A stretch of 64,000 nt of DNA from Fimicolochytrium jonesii (GCF_025526975.1 NW_026515674.1:868001-932000); one strand, 5' to 3'; positions 1 through 13,600 are shown, counted from the first letter of the stretch. Translations and numbers: made by a program. The notes: generated by a model not told the origin, from the letters alone.

Positions 1-147
1 GACGGTAGCAGCAGTGGCAGCAGCACGCGTAATGCTCCTGCAGAGATGACGGCCTATTGCAACGACCATCCCAATGCGACATGGGAGGACTTCCTCGCTC
101 ATGTGGATAACAAGCTTGATCCCGAGGAAGAGCGGCGCAAAGGCTAG
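1..147 (+). CDS. Possible 3' end of a gene cut by the window edge (…EMTAYCNDHPNATWEDFLAHVDNKLDPEEERRKG*), unknown product
   Basis: Frame 1 is open from base 1 to TAG at 145-147. The peptide resembles the ORF at 444-650. Confidence 0.3.
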   Translation, partial: DGSSSGSSTRNAPAEMTAYCNDHPNATWEDFLAHVDNKLDPEEERRKG

Positions 148-753
148 CTTGAACGCCGGCATGTCGACAGGATCCAAAGCTCGGAGGAGGTATCTACCGC
201 GTCCGAGCTTTCTTATTGCCGTACCAATCGCTCAAGTTTGCGGTTTGATAGACTCGCATCGACAAGACTGTCGATAGCTTGAGTAACCTCAGCGACGGGT
301 TCGCCTCCCTAGCGGAAGCCCAGCCTCATCCTTCAAAGGCATTCGTGCCGATTAACGGAGGCCCGAAGCGTAACACGGAAGAGGCTGGTTTGGGAGAGGT
401 ATGACACTGCGGATCATCTTGTTCGACGCTGCACGGGAATCTGATGTCTCCCCTTCAGACACACCCACTCGAAAACGCAACATGGAGCCAACGAAGCCCC
501 ATCAAACCCATAGCCATAAGTGCATACGTGCGGGAGAATCCAAACCATAGTTGGGCAGACTCTCTCGCTCACGTCCAACGGGTGGAGGTTGATCTTAACT
601 CAACGACACCGGGAAAGGACGCAGAAGAAGAAAGCGAAGCGGGGCGTTGATCAAGCGGATTGTGAAAGCCACGGCGGTGAGTTCACCATTCAAGTAGCTT
701 TGAAGAAGCTGCCAAGTTCGCGGTGCGCGCGAGGTTCCAAGTGGAACCTTGCG

Positions 754-1097
754 GGGGAGGACGCGTTCAGCAAGTAAAGTTGGAAGGTGGTCTCTCCTGG
801 CAGGATCGGTGGAGGCTTAAGTGCACCAGCGGTACCTGTCCAGGCAAGAGTGGGGACATTAGCCCGAAACAGGTGTCTCATATCTGTCCGTTCCCCCAAA
901 TTCGATGGGATGTGGTGTCCTTCCGGAGGGGTGAACCGATTTGGCAGAACGGCCCGCAGGGGAGGGGAGGACGCGTTCAGCAAGTAGAGTTGGAAGGTGG
1001 CCTCTCCTGGCAGGATCGGTGGAGGCTTAAGTGCACCAGCGGTACCTGTCCAGACAGAGCGAGGACATTAGCCCGAAACAGGTGTCTCGTATCTGTC
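754..1097. repeat. Two diverged direct repeats of about 135 bp (754-888 and 964-1097), 210-bp offset
   Basis: GGGGAGGACGCGTTCAGCAAGTA…GGCTTAAGTGCACCAGCGGTACCTGTCCAG…GGACATTAGCCCGAAACAGGTGTCTC…TATCTGTC occurs twice with a few substitutions and a small indel. Confidence 0.9.
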
Positions 1098-3034
1098 TCT
1101 TAGCCTGTCCCTATGGGCCTTTTCTTTCTGACAATCTTATGTGCTATCTGTCCGTCGAGACCAGCATCTAACATTCTCATCTTCCCTTCTTTGCACGAGC
1201 GAGACCACGTTCATTCAGGCACCTAAGAAGCATAAGGAGAGCATGGAAAAGGTCAGCGGTCCCTTGATTCAAGTGTAGTCATTTTGTCCTTTTGTATCCT
1301 GATACCCCTCCGCATCCATCTCTGTTCCTCTTCCACACCTCCCTGATCCCATTCATACGAATCGCTCATTTCTGTTTACAATATCCATCCTCCTCTAAAA
1401 CCCCCACATTCCATCTCGGCTATCATTCCCAGCGGGCAGGAGGAGACCGCTGATGAGAGATCTTGACCAAGATGGAGAACGCCAAGGCGGAGACCTTGAT
1501 GGCGAACGGGGGTGTTTGTGTCCTTGGCGTCGCGCGGACCACCCGTTTCTCGTAACCAAACCCGTCGAAGAGTGTGGACAGCGTCCTCGTTCATTTCGGC
1601 AGGCGGCAAGTTCGAGCGAAATGATGCAGATTCGTGGGTCCCCTGGATTGAAGAGCGTGAGAAAGGCTACGGAAAATGGGGGGAGACCGCGGGAGAAGCA
1701 TCTCGAATCCGACATGCTGTTCACCTAACCGTGTCGCAAGGTACGTGAAAAGGTTCTCTTACCATGATGTTCCTATGGAGACGGGGGCGGAGCTTGCATC
1801 ATCGCTGTCGCAGCTGACGGGATCCCCCACTACCCGGTGGTGGGCGATTGCGCAAGGGCCTCGGGGAGCCGGGCACCTCACTCCACGGGCCGCGATCGAT
1901 GTATGGGGGGAGGGCCGCAGTATGGCGTACTGCTTCAGTTTCTCTTCGTTTGTTACTGTTTGCGTTTGTATCCCCTGGTCGATTTCGCTAACGAGATACG
2001 TGTGCCCCCCGTTTCATTCCGCTTATTTCAAAGGTCAAGGCTTGCTTTGGGGACTCCTGGGGTTCAATCCAGGAATACCATCATCGCGATGTCCAGCGCG
2101 GCAGGTTGCGACAGAGGTTCCTGGATGAGTTGACCGGTGACGACGAAAAACTCGTTGCCTTTTCCGCCCGCAAGGTGTTCAAATACGCGCGGGGGGGGGG
2201 GGGGGGGGGAATCCGCATTGTTGCGATGGGGCCTGGGGATGGAATGCGATCCCGAGGGATCCGACATTGGCTCGTGTATTGGAGATGATCCACTACTGGT
2301 AACGGTGAATCACCACAATCGACATCTGCCGGTCGAGCAGATTGATAACCCTCGCAACGTCGTTCCAGTTCCCCTCAACGCTGCCAAAGGCCGAGCGGCG
2401 ACTTGCAACGGCACCGAACGCACCCACTCACCGCAGCGTCTGGTCGCACGTGATCGGCCTGCCCTTACGGACTGGACAGTTGGATACTCCTGCGGATGTG
2501 TTTTTTTTTGGTGGTGGGCTGGGTGCTGGAACCATGGGTTGGGAGAGGGGTGTGTGCTGGACACGGGTGAGGACGATTGGACGTTGGACGCTTGGAAGAT
2601 GGCCCGTATACGCAGCGAGACGGCTGTAAACATCCATAATGTAAAATGTTGGAAGCTGTAGCGGCGGATGACGTGGTGTCAGCACCCTCAGTTACAGACC
2701 CATCATTAGTGCCCGTTGGGGTATCTGCCTAAGGGCGTAGGTTACAGGTATAAAAGTCTTCCAGTAGCTGAAGGTTGCGCTCCGTACTACGCGGGACGAG
2801 GTCTGTCTGGGTTTGTGAAATTTCGCGTGACCTCGCGTGGTCCGAGAGAGTTCTGTCTCGAGAGGGTAGGCATCAGGTTCAACCATCTCTTGTCCACCAC
2901 CAACACTACAGTATATAAGCGAGCGAGCCTACAAATATCCAAGTGTTGCCGAAATCCGTACTGCAGCCAGCGGACGAAGCAGCTTCGGAAATCTATCGCA
3001 AACTCGCAAAAAGTCCATCTCTTCACTCCACGCG

Positions 3035-4071
3035 ATGCCTCGCCACCATCACCACACCTCCTCAACCCCCCTCCTCGTCCCCTCCGGCAGCCCCACCCGC
3101 ACGCTGCCCTCCGCCTCCCCGCTCGTCCACTTCCACGGCCTCTACCTCCTCGACTACCTCGTGACAGCCCTCCTCCTCCTCACCTCCATCCTCCTCGACA
3201 CCTTCGGCCAACCCTTCGAACGCGGCTTCGACATCCACGACCCGCGGATCTCATACCCACACCTGCAGGAATCAATCACGTCGCTTGCGAGTTGGTTGAT
3301 AGGCGTTGTGGGAATCGTCGTGCTGCTCGCTGTGGTATGGCTACGACGTGCTGTCGCGCGCGAGGGTGAAGCCAGCGATCATTGGTGGCGGCGGGACGCG
3401 ATGGAGGTTGGGGCGTGGGTGCGGAATGTGGTGTTGTGGGACGTGCATCATGCGATGCTGGGGACGGTTCTAGGGCTCTCCGTGACGAATCTGTTGGTGA
3501 ATGGGACGAAATTGATGGTGGGCGCGTTGAGGCCGGATTTTCTGGCGCGGTGTCGGCCGTCGGAAGGGATGTGTTTGGGGGATGTGGGTGCGGTTAGGGA
3601 GGGGAGGATGTCGTTTCCGTCGGGGCATTCGGGGAGGGTTGGGGCTGCGGGGGGGTTTGCGTTGTGGTATTTGATGGCTGTTACGGGGGCTGTGGCGGTG
3701 GATGCCCGGCGGCCGGCGGGGAGGGTGTGGCGGTTGGCGGTGTGCCTTATCCCGGTGTTTGCCATCCTGTTCATGTGTACGTTTGGTGGGGGAGTTTTTC
3801 ATGCATTGGATTCGAAACATGATTTACCAAACATTTCCCCCTTTCTTCAGGCATCGACCGACTGCAACGCAACAGGCATCATGTCGAGGATATTGTCGTC
3901 GGATGCCTCACTGGACTGGCGGTATCTTTTCTCAGCTACCGATACTATTACCCGCCGCTCACATCAACGGAGGTTGTTGGGAGCAACAACATTGCTGGGA
4001 AACCAAAGTCTGGACCGTTGCATCCAAACACATCGTCAGGTGCTGAGACACATGACGAGGAGAGTGCGTAG
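3035..4071 (+). CDS. PAP2-family lipid phosphate phosphatase (DPP1/LPP1-like), 2 exons (intron 3777-3850)
   Basis: Motif 1 KLMVGALRP and motif 2 SFPSGH are in exon 1. After splicing GTACGT…TTCAG, motif 3 reads DRLQRNRHHVED. Several hydrophobic segments; stop TAG at 4069-4071. Confidence 0.88.
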
Positions 4072-4583
4072 AAAGGAGGGACAGGGTGACGACGACGAGG
4101 ATGGCATTTCGTTCAGGGCCGGCCGGTCAGGGAAGATGTTTCGCGTAGGATAGTCCGATTAGTCGCTAGTGAAGAGAGGATATGGCGCACAGGAGAACAC
4201 GTTCCGAGTGCGATGTTGCAGCTTTGATGCGGGTGTTGAGTCATGCATGATCTGCGGGGGTATTGTCGAAGAGTGTTGAAACGCGGCGAAGATCCCCCAT
4301 AGCATGCCGCGGCCCAGGAGCGCGGCGTCGAATGCGGTGTGCCCAAGCCCTGCGCACGCCGAGAGTCTAGACCGGCCGACCCACTCTAGGGAGACAGGGA
4401 GGGAGACAGCAAGGGGGCTTGTGCCATTATACAGGTAGACAGGCAGCCATGTCTTCTCGCAGCTAAACTACACGCTAGCTGCCATACTATAGGACTAGTA
4501 CGGTACGTATTCCCCGTGAGTCTAAATAATATCCGATACCTTACTACGGTCCCGTCTGAAGGTTGTGCCTTGCGTCACCTTGC

Positions 4584-4586
<3 letters not shown>

Positions 4587-4626
<40 letters not shown>
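4587..4626. repeat. (AG)20 microsatellite about 300 bp upstream of the Ssk1-like gene
   Basis: Perfect AG dinucleotide run, seen directly. Confidence 0.95.
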
Positions 4627-4631
<5 letters not shown>

Positions 4632-4928
4632 CCTGGCAACCAACCGCCTCGTGTACGAGAACGTCAAGGGCGTTCTTCACCTGTTGCCACCACCACTACT
4701 ACTTCCGAACCGCTGATCACGGATAGGTGCCGCCGCTCAGCAACATCTTCCCTCTGCACACCCGTACCGTTCTCTCGGGACACAGCCATCCTTGACCTTG
4801 ACTACTACGGGGCCCGGGCTCTTTGCGCACCCCCCTTCGTAAAGCTGGCAGTCGTGACGCCTACATCGCCTTTACCGCGGCATTCCCCGCCGCCCGGTCC
4901 GGGACGTCTAGGGCTGGGTTCGACGTTC

Positions 4929-7900
4929 ATGTTCAGGGGCCTGCGAGGAGGGATCCCTGCCGCATGGAGCGGCTGGTTTGTCTCGCCTCCGCGTACAACT
5001 GTTGCTGAGCTCAAGCCGTCAGAGGAGGGAAACGCAACACCTGATTCGACGGCACCTGAAGACCGCCAGGCATCATCATCAAAGGGGAAACGCGGTATCC
5101 CGCAACGCAGAAGACGAGGGTGCGACGCGGGTAGAGGAAACGTGCCTGCTGCTGCCCTGAGTATGAGGACCATTCGGAAGACCATTCTGGGGTGGATAGA
5201 TCGCGCTGTTGGCATCGACGGTGGGGATCGGCAAGCTTCGGCCGGCAGGAATACCAACGGCACCGTGTCAACAACAACAGTTAAATCGCGATCGGGGTAC
5301 GCCAATGGAGGCCGCATAGCCCTGCGTTGTCTTCTCGTGACCTGCGTCTACGCGCTATGCCTAGCACTGAAGAATGCGCACCTTCTCTACATCACGTTAC
5401 ACGCCGGTACACAGATCAGCGGCCTGCCGAGCCGGTCGACGCTGAGCGTCCTGATGGGCCGGGATGTCATCACCGCCGCCCTTCTGGGTGTATGCCTTCG
5501 CCAGCTGGGACGGAGGAACTCTGTTCCAAGGCGGATATGCATGGCTGTCATGGGGTTGGCGGCAGTGGGCGAGCCGTTCACGAACGCGGTCATGTCCATC
5601 TCGTCCAGCTGGGCTGCAGAAGATCGTATGGACCATACCGCTGTTGTCGACGAGTCAGGGCCGGCGTTCGCCTCAACAAGGATGGTGCGATACATCACCA
5701 TTGTCGGTCGCAGCTTTCTTGATACTGTGCTGCGACAAAGGTCTTGGGCACCCGTGACGGGCGTCATTCATGGCGGGACTGCTTATCTCTCGTCGCCAGC
5801 CTTGACCCTCTCGTCAGTGCCAACACTTATCATCCTGTACGTCCTCTTGAAACAAGCAGACGAAGCCGAAGACGCGCCCCCGCGCGTGACAGAAATTGCT
5901 TCAACGGTGTCGATCAGCGAGAACGTCGAAGACAAGCCCGCCGAAAAACCCATCTCGAACGGATCACTGACCGATCTCAACATCACCTCCGCCGCCTCTG
6001 TAACAAAAGCCTTGGGGGAGACGACGCCACGTGCGTCCCGAACATCCCTCTGGGCCACCGTCGCGACGGCCCAGGAACACAATGCGTGGAGGGAAGGCAC
6101 GGAGTATTTCGCGAGGGAGTTGATGAGCTCGGCGTTGGCGGCCAAATGCGCGATTGACCATGTGCATGTGCATCCCGTGATGCATGAGTACTATATGCAT
6201 TTTGTCACGTTCATATCAGGTAACCATCGTCCCACTGAGTCATTTGGGGGCAAACTCATGTGTGATGGCACGGAATGCTAACATTCCTCACTTTACTCCA
6301 CCAGCGGTAGACACAGCAATCGACAACGTCGAGCACCTCGCCTGGCAACTCGAGCACTACGACTCCACCGACAACCTCATGAAGCGCGACGGCGGGTCCA
6401 TGGTCAAACGCCTCCTCACCAAGGTCCTCTTTGACCCCTCCGACGTCAACGAGCGTGTCGGGGACGCGGTCGCGAATTTGGCGGATGAGAAGGGGATTGA
6501 GCTGACGATACATAATACGGTGCAGAGGGGGACGTTGCCGGAGTTGTTCTTGGTGGTCGGGGATGAGGATTTTTTGAGGCAGCTTTTGTTGCAGGTGAGG
6601 AGGCGCTTTATCTGTCGCCGTTCCTTTGTGAGCGGTAAATGGAATGGGAGTTGATCCTGATTCTGATCGATTGGTTTTTTACCGTTTGTAAATGACACGC
6701 CAGATCTTATACCCGATCATCGCGAATGCTGCGGAATATACCCTGGTGGATGTCACGCTCGACATGCCACCGCCATGGGCGGTGAAGGACGATGCGAAAC
6801 AGACGGATTCGAAGATGCCCCGCAAGTATCATGTTGATCTCACGTGGCAGGTAAGCGACTTCGCATTTGGCCACGCTTTCGGATCATCCCCTCCTATGTT
6901 ACCACCGCTAATGCATATGTCCAGTTTACATACCAAGTCTCCGACGAGTCCGGCACCCCCATGCCCCTCATCTACAACGACTACGTCCGCAACCTCCTCC
7001 ACGAGCTCGGCGGACAAATCAGAGGCCCCTTCCCCGTCCCCAACGCGGGCGTCAACACCCAATCCGTCGAACTCTCCTTCAAAATGGAATCGGTCCGTTA
7101 CCGCAAGGACATTGCAAAGAGCATGGGTCTCCGCTTGTCGAAGCCGATGGCGTACCGCCAGGTGGAGGAATTGTTCCATTTTGCGGAGACGTTGAAGGAT
7201 TTTAGGGTTACTGTGCTGGCGCCGTGTCGGAGTACTTTTACGGGGAATGTGGTGCAGTATTTGGAGAGTTGGGGGATGGATTTGACTTGTGAGTTCAACA
7301 TGCGGCGTAATGTTCGGGCTGGATTCTTAAGAGAGCAACTGCCTGAATGATGTACCTGTGATTGACAGATGTCGCCACGGAAGACATGGACGTGATCCCC
7401 ACCATCCTCACCCAACTCGACGAAAGCAACCCCAACCACGCCCGCGACTCCCACCTCCAATTCCTCCGTAGCCTCATTATTATCAACGACGATTTCGGCA
7501 TGCTCGACGTCGTCATCAACCACCGCATTGCTTCCTCCATCTTTGGCACCCTGGTCATCTACTTTACTTCCCCGACCAACCACGCAAGGATGAACGAGTA
7601 CGTCGAAACCATCGCGGAGGGACACGGCGAACTCATGCCGGAGGTCTACATCGTCGCTAAACCGGCGGGCCCGCGGAAATTACTGCACACATTGAAATGG
7701 ATCATGGCGGATCGGCCGGACGAGGCGGAGGATGAGATGCGGTATAAGAAACGCGGGGGGGCGCTTGTGCTGGAGACCTCGAGACGGGCGGTAGCGCAGA
7801 TGAGGCCGAAGGGACGGGGGAGGGTGACGATCAACGAGGATCCGGCTGCACCGACGACGATCATGTCACCTGCGGCGAGATCCACCACCCCGCTGAAACG

Positions 7901-9193
7901 AGCGTTGATGGGACAGAGGTTCCAGGTTCCCAGTCGGGCGAGCGAGTACCATGCGCAACGGCAGGGGACGGGAACATCGGTGTCCACAGAGTCGACGACC
8001 TCCTCCAACGAATCCGAGGTCGTCACGGGTCTGAAGGACAAACAGTTGCCTCTCTCGTCGAAAAACCCCACCACCCGCCCGCCCGTGTTATCTGCCAAAT
8101 CCGACTCGCTTGCTAGACCGGAGCCCGCCCGGCCCCCGCCACCGCCGTCCACACCGTCGTCCGTCGCCGCCCTCCTCTTCTCCCGCATCAAAGTCCTCAT
8201 CGCAGAAGACAACCCGATCAACCAAACCATCCTCGCCACCTTCCTCCGCAAACGCGGCATCTCCGCCACCGTCGCTGCCAACGGCCAGGAAGCACTCCTC
8301 AAATACCAACAAGCCGTGTACCACATCATACTCATGGATATCGTCATGCCGGTGATGGATGGGATCGAGGCGACGAGTGAGATCAGGAAGATTGAGCGGG
8401 ATCGAGCGGGGATGATGAATGCGCATGCGATACATACGCCGGACGTGGTGATTGTGGCGCTTACGGCGAGTTCGTTGCCTGCGGATAGGGATGCGGCGTT
8501 GAAGGCCGGGTGTAATGATTATCTGATCAAGCCTGTTAGTCTTGGTAAGTACCCCCCCCCCCCCCCCCCGAATCACAATTGGGGAAAGACTTACCGTGGG
8601 GATAGTGTATTAAGATATTGATTTTTTTTCTCTCACATTTTGTAGTCTGGCTCGAACGCAAGATCCTCGAATGGGGCGCCATGCAAGCCCTCATCGACTA
8701 CGACACCCTCCTCTCCACCTCCACCACCTACAAACCGGGCACCCACCTCCGGCTCTCACACACGTCGTCCAACCCAAGCTCAACCGATACATCCGGATCC
8801 ACCTCAACCAACTCCAACAACTCCACCAGTTCAGGCTCAACCATCTCACCCACGAAACCCACCACCCACGTCAAAAAGAAGAAGCCTACCAACGCACAAA
8901 ACGCGACGAAACACCACGTAACCAAATCAAACCCCTCCTTCGCGTCCTCCTCCGACTCCTCCGGCCCGTCCCAGGCCCTGACGGAGCCGGTGCCTGCGAA
9001 GCCGTGGATGATGTCGGAGGACGAGATGGGCGGCCACGCGCAGGGGCATAAGCGGGCGGTGGCGAGTGCACCCGGGCTGTTGGAGTTGAGCGACGATGTA
9101 GGCGCGAATGGGGTCAGGGATGTCGAGGGCGTCAGGAAGCTGTTGGGCGGGGCCGAGACGGTGATGAGTCCGGAGTTTGAGGGGAGGAAGTGA
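4929..9193 (+). CDS. SSK1: Ssk1/Mcs4-like response regulator with a degenerate histidine-kinase-like region and a hydrophobic N-terminus; multi-exon, start approximate
   Basis: Receiver domain KVLIAEDNPINQ…HIILMDIVMPVMDG…VIVALTASSL…AGCNDYLIKPV, followed after an intron by WLERKILEWGAMQALIDYD, the C-terminal signature of fungal Ssk1/Mcs4. Upstream exons contain HisKA/HATPase-like remnants (ADEKGIEL, VVGDEDFLRQLLLQI). Confidence 0.82.
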
Positions 9194-10070
9194 GAGGGGG
9201 GCTTTTCTGGTTTGTTTTTTTCTCTCTTTGTTTTAGATAGGGGCCCGATGGGGGTTCGCATGGCCCCCCGCATTTGGGTGGGTGGTGCAAAACGGGGGCC
9301 CCACTTTTGTACACCCCTTCGTTCCCCCCGACACCCCCCCCCGTGGGGCATTTTTTTCCTTTCTCTGTTTGAAACGGAGTTGTGCATGATTGTTTCATAT
9401 TGGGGTTTGCTTTTTCGTAGCGGGGATCTGGAAAACTGTAAAGCACATCACTGCGTCTAGCACGGCTGCCCCAAATGACTGGGTGTATTATGGACCGGCC
9501 GGACTGGTCGGGAAGACGCCCCATTGGACGTGGTTGAGGATTTTAGAGTTTGGACAGGGGACATGGCAGCACGCCTGTGAATATCAGAAACTACACATTG
9601 CTCACTGCCGAACAAGGTGAAGACATGCTCTCACTGCCAACGCCGCTACATCATGTACGCACAGACGACCATTGCGTAGCCTGCGAGAGATGCACCTCAC
9701 AGGCTGCCAGAACCCCACATCCTCCAGATTTTTCTCCGCTTGCCAGATGGAGTCATTTTTGGGTTACCACACGCTCAGCACAAAGTGTATTGCGGTACTT
9801 GGGGAAGATTACGGCTTTATGTAGTGAAGACGTTTCGCCGGTAAGCACTCTAATCTAGGTATCGTATGTGGAAGGGGGATTGCAGATATGATTGTGCACG
9901 CCGGGTGCGTCCGGGCGAGTCGGCGGTGAGTCTGGATGCACATACATACAATCCCAATAAATTACACTATGCCGGTATGCCCCACCATCCACACTATGGG
10001 AACCCATCTCTCGCTGCCAGGACCGAACGAACCTCCCGGCCCCTCCGTCGCCTAAGTCTCCCGGCCCCGT

Positions 10071-10322
10071 TCAAATATTGAATCCCTGGGCGCGCATACA
10101 GTCCTGGTGCGCCTTGATCAGCTCCACACAGTTCTCCTCGCCGTTCGCAAACACGCACTCGTCGCGCAGTTTGCGGGTGTCGGGGCATGCGCAACAGGGC
10201 TTGCATTTCGGTTTGGGTGGGTCGGGGGATGCGGGGGTGGTGGTTGAGGAGGGGTGGGATAGTGGTGATGGTGATGGTGATGGCGATGGAGAGGAAGAGG
10301 GTTTGGAGTCGCTGGCGCCCAT
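10071..10322 (-). CDS. COX17: Mitochondrial copper chaperone Cox17
   Basis: [17 protein letters not shown]…[19 protein letters not shown]: CCxC plus twin CX9C motif. Confidence 0.95.
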   Translation of the reverse strand: MGASDSKPSSSPSPSPSPSPLSHPSSTTTPASPDPPKPKCKPCCACPDTRKLRDECVFANGEENCVELIKAHQDCMRAQGFNI

Positions 10323-10662
10323 TGTTGCTGTTGCTGTTGAGTGTTCGGTTGAGGTTGTTGATGCCCGTTGGTGTGGGATGGAGGTGGTGGGGTGTGAGGT
10401 GGGTTCTTCCGACGGGCGGAAATGCGTTTCTCAGCGCGTGCGAGCAGCCGCGTCGCCAAGTCGCCCTCAGCGTGTTCTCCAGTAGCTAATGACACACGCG
10501 TTTTGCGGAGCTCTCGCGAGACGGTGGAGCTCGTTTCCTATTCCTTCTTGCAAGTACTGTACCTTTCTACTAGCACGGAATAGCAGCGAAACTGCACCAC
10601 CCGAGCGCTTCTGTGGAGTTGCCCCTTGACCGCAGTCGTTGTGACATCCTGTGCTCATCACC

Positions 10663-13600
10663 ATGCCCTCCCACCACGGAGACCAGAGGCATGGGCCGCA
10701 TGTTCTCGTGGCTCGCCAAATACCACCAGATATCATGGGTGAAGGTTTGTTCTCGATGAATTTTCACTCGACTGGCAAGAGCTCACAATCCGGCCATACG
10801 AACGTACATAGATGCACAATACACGCAGAAAGAGCGAGAGGTCGTACCTGTATCACTATTGAGGAAACGAGATGTATGTATGCCGAGAAGGGTCATAGTC
10901 GGATCGTTCTAAACATCTCGAAATGCTATCGAATGTTCCAGCACGGGGGCAATGGGAGACTCTCTAAGCACGAGCATTTCTTTTCTCACATAGCACGGCC
11001 CAAGACGAACGCGGCAGGGTCGGTTGGTGGGACATTCGCTACTGGGCGACCCCGAAGAGTTCGAGGAAATGGAGCGCTCAATAAACGGAAACAGCGATAT
11101 GGAAGAGCGGCATTCGGTGTTCAAGGCCGGCGTGGACGCAAAGTCAAACGACGCAGGGGAGAATGAAGGTAGATGGGACGGGGACGCAACTTCAGCCGAA
11201 GTGCTGGCGCAGTTCAACGCTGCTATGAAGGAAGCGAAGCGCAAACAGGCGGAAGAGAAGCGGTTATGGCTGAGTCGGTTGCATATCTTTCAACGATACC
11301 GGTATGTAACGATCTTCCTCTCGTCGAAAGAGAACCACATTCCTTCATTGGACTCTCACGGCAACATGGCTTAACTGGCCTAGCTTTGCAGGGAGGTGCG
11401 GGAGGAACACGCATTGAAGAACTGGCAGCATCATAGCGTCGAGTGGAACAGAGTAGAAGAGAGATTAGCGAAGAAGGCCAAGAAGGTAGATATGCCCCTT
11501 CCCACGTGGTCTCGCAAGAATCAACAACGTATAGCTCACCACATCCACGCCGCCCCTCTAGTCTCCCGGCGAGCTCCTCATGGCCCGCTTAGGCGAATAC
11601 CGCGAACGCCTAGAAGAGCACGAGCTCATTGATACAGCTTTGCGACTACTAGACGACGAGCACGTCGATTTTTGGAAGACGGGCTTGAGGCTTGGAAGCG
11701 ACCTGCTGGGACTGACGATGCCGATTCCGAGAGGTGGTCCACGACAGTAGGTACACCTTCTTTGATGACTCTGAATAAGCGCGAAATGGCAAATGTGCGT
11801 TTATGTTTGTTCTGATCCTTTTGTCGTCCTCTTTTCCGTCGAATAGGATCGAGAGAGTAAGGAGTTATGAGCGACAGAGGTGCGTTATGTCCTATCTTGA
11901 TACCCTATCCTTCCCGGAACGAATTCTCACGCTTGCTTCCTCCTAGATGGACAAAAGACCACTCAGCGACCATACGCAAGCTCGTAGCCCCCAAAGAAGC
12001 GCTCTACGAAGACATCATCTCCCTTTTCGATCCGTTCTTCCTGGTACCGTGCCTCACCTTCAACAACGTGTTTCAAACTCCCATTCAACTGATCCCTTAA
12101 CTGTTCCCCACATAGAACGACGAAAGCGGCTACCTAGAACTCCAAGGCCACAACCCCCTCCTCTCCCCGCACCTCCCACACCTCGCCGAATCCTACCTCG
12201 ACCGTCTAAAAGCCGCCGCCGCCACGAAAACTCCCATCGCAGACGAAAAAGACGAGACCACGTCAAATATCACCCCCGACAAGGCGTCGGGACATACCTC
12301 CCGTCCAGCGTCTGGGTCAAAAGACGCGGGAGAGGATGCGACTACCGTGGAGGGACCGCACCTAGACCTTGCGACCCCGCGCCTGTTCTTTGATGTGGAA
12401 CTCAACACGGTGTCGATGTCGGTGCTGACGGTGTATAACCGCGGAACGACGGCGGTGGGGTTCGAGTGGGTGCCAATCAAAAAGCCTAATCCACTGAATG
12501 TGAGTTTGAAAGCAAAATCATACTTTTCGTCGTCGCCGCGCGGGGGCATGAAAGTCGATTAATGAAATTTTGCTAGATCAAAGCAGTGTACGATGAGAAA
12601 CAGCGGTTTTTTTTCTACTACAAAAAGGGCGTGATCCTGCCCGGGACCGCTTTTGACTTTCCGATCATCTTCAAATCTGCTACGCCCGGGGTACGTACGT
12701 CCGACACCTCTCCTCGTGGCTGATGTGTTCCACCGTACTGATATGCGTTACTTACGACCCGCTTGATCAATTACAGGTATTCACGGAAATATGGAGTCTG
12801 ACAACCGTGCCCGCGCTGGGACCCGAGGCATCGTCGCAGCCGACTGTGACGATGCAGGGCATCGCATTGGAGCGGGACGATAATGAAGCCAAGAGAGAAA
12901 AATTAGAGAAAGCGCTTTTGCGAAAACAGTAAGGGGATCTCAAACATGTCACCTCTCCGGCGTATGCTCACCCCGTTGTTTGTTTTCAGAGCCCTATCCG
13001 CTGCAAAAGCGATCATATCCACGATCCTCACCAACATCAAACCCCGCGTCGTCTCTGCCCGCTCGTTACGCCGTATCGCGGCGAATGAGGACGAGCATCT
13101 GTTTGAGAAGCGGAATCGGTCGTTCAAGGTACGAACAAAGATCCAAATCCTGTTTTTTTTTTCGTCTCTACAAGCAGATCCTGATTTTCCTTTTATATAT
13201 ACGGCATTAGCTGTATTACACACCCAAAATCTTCGACAAGCTCGCCACCCTCGCCTCCGAGACGTTGGCCACCCTGCACGACCAATCACCAGACCAATCA
13301 ACTCCCGCTGAATGGGATAGATCCGTTTCCACTTTATCCGAGGTTTCGTCATCTCACCCTGCATCTCACATCTATGAATCAACCCCTACTAAATCATGTA
13401 TGTGTTGTTGGGGTGTAGTTGATCAACGCGATCATGGATATCGACCTCCGCTCCACCTCCCTCCGCCGCCTGAACCAGCTCATTGCCGCCGCGGCCATTT
13501 CGCCGCGGAGTAGCGCGACCAGTATGCTGCACGTCATTGTGTGAGTATTTCTCAACTCGTCTCCGATTTCATGTTTTTCACGGGTGGAATGGGCTGATAT

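Noticed and set aside
1376..2300. Overlapping short ORFs that may be a decayed gene (e.g. RYVKRFSYHDVPME…, QRFLDELTGDDEKLVAFSARKVFKY)
   Set aside because: No consistent reading frame or recognisable family could be assembled by eye; needs a frameshift-aware search.
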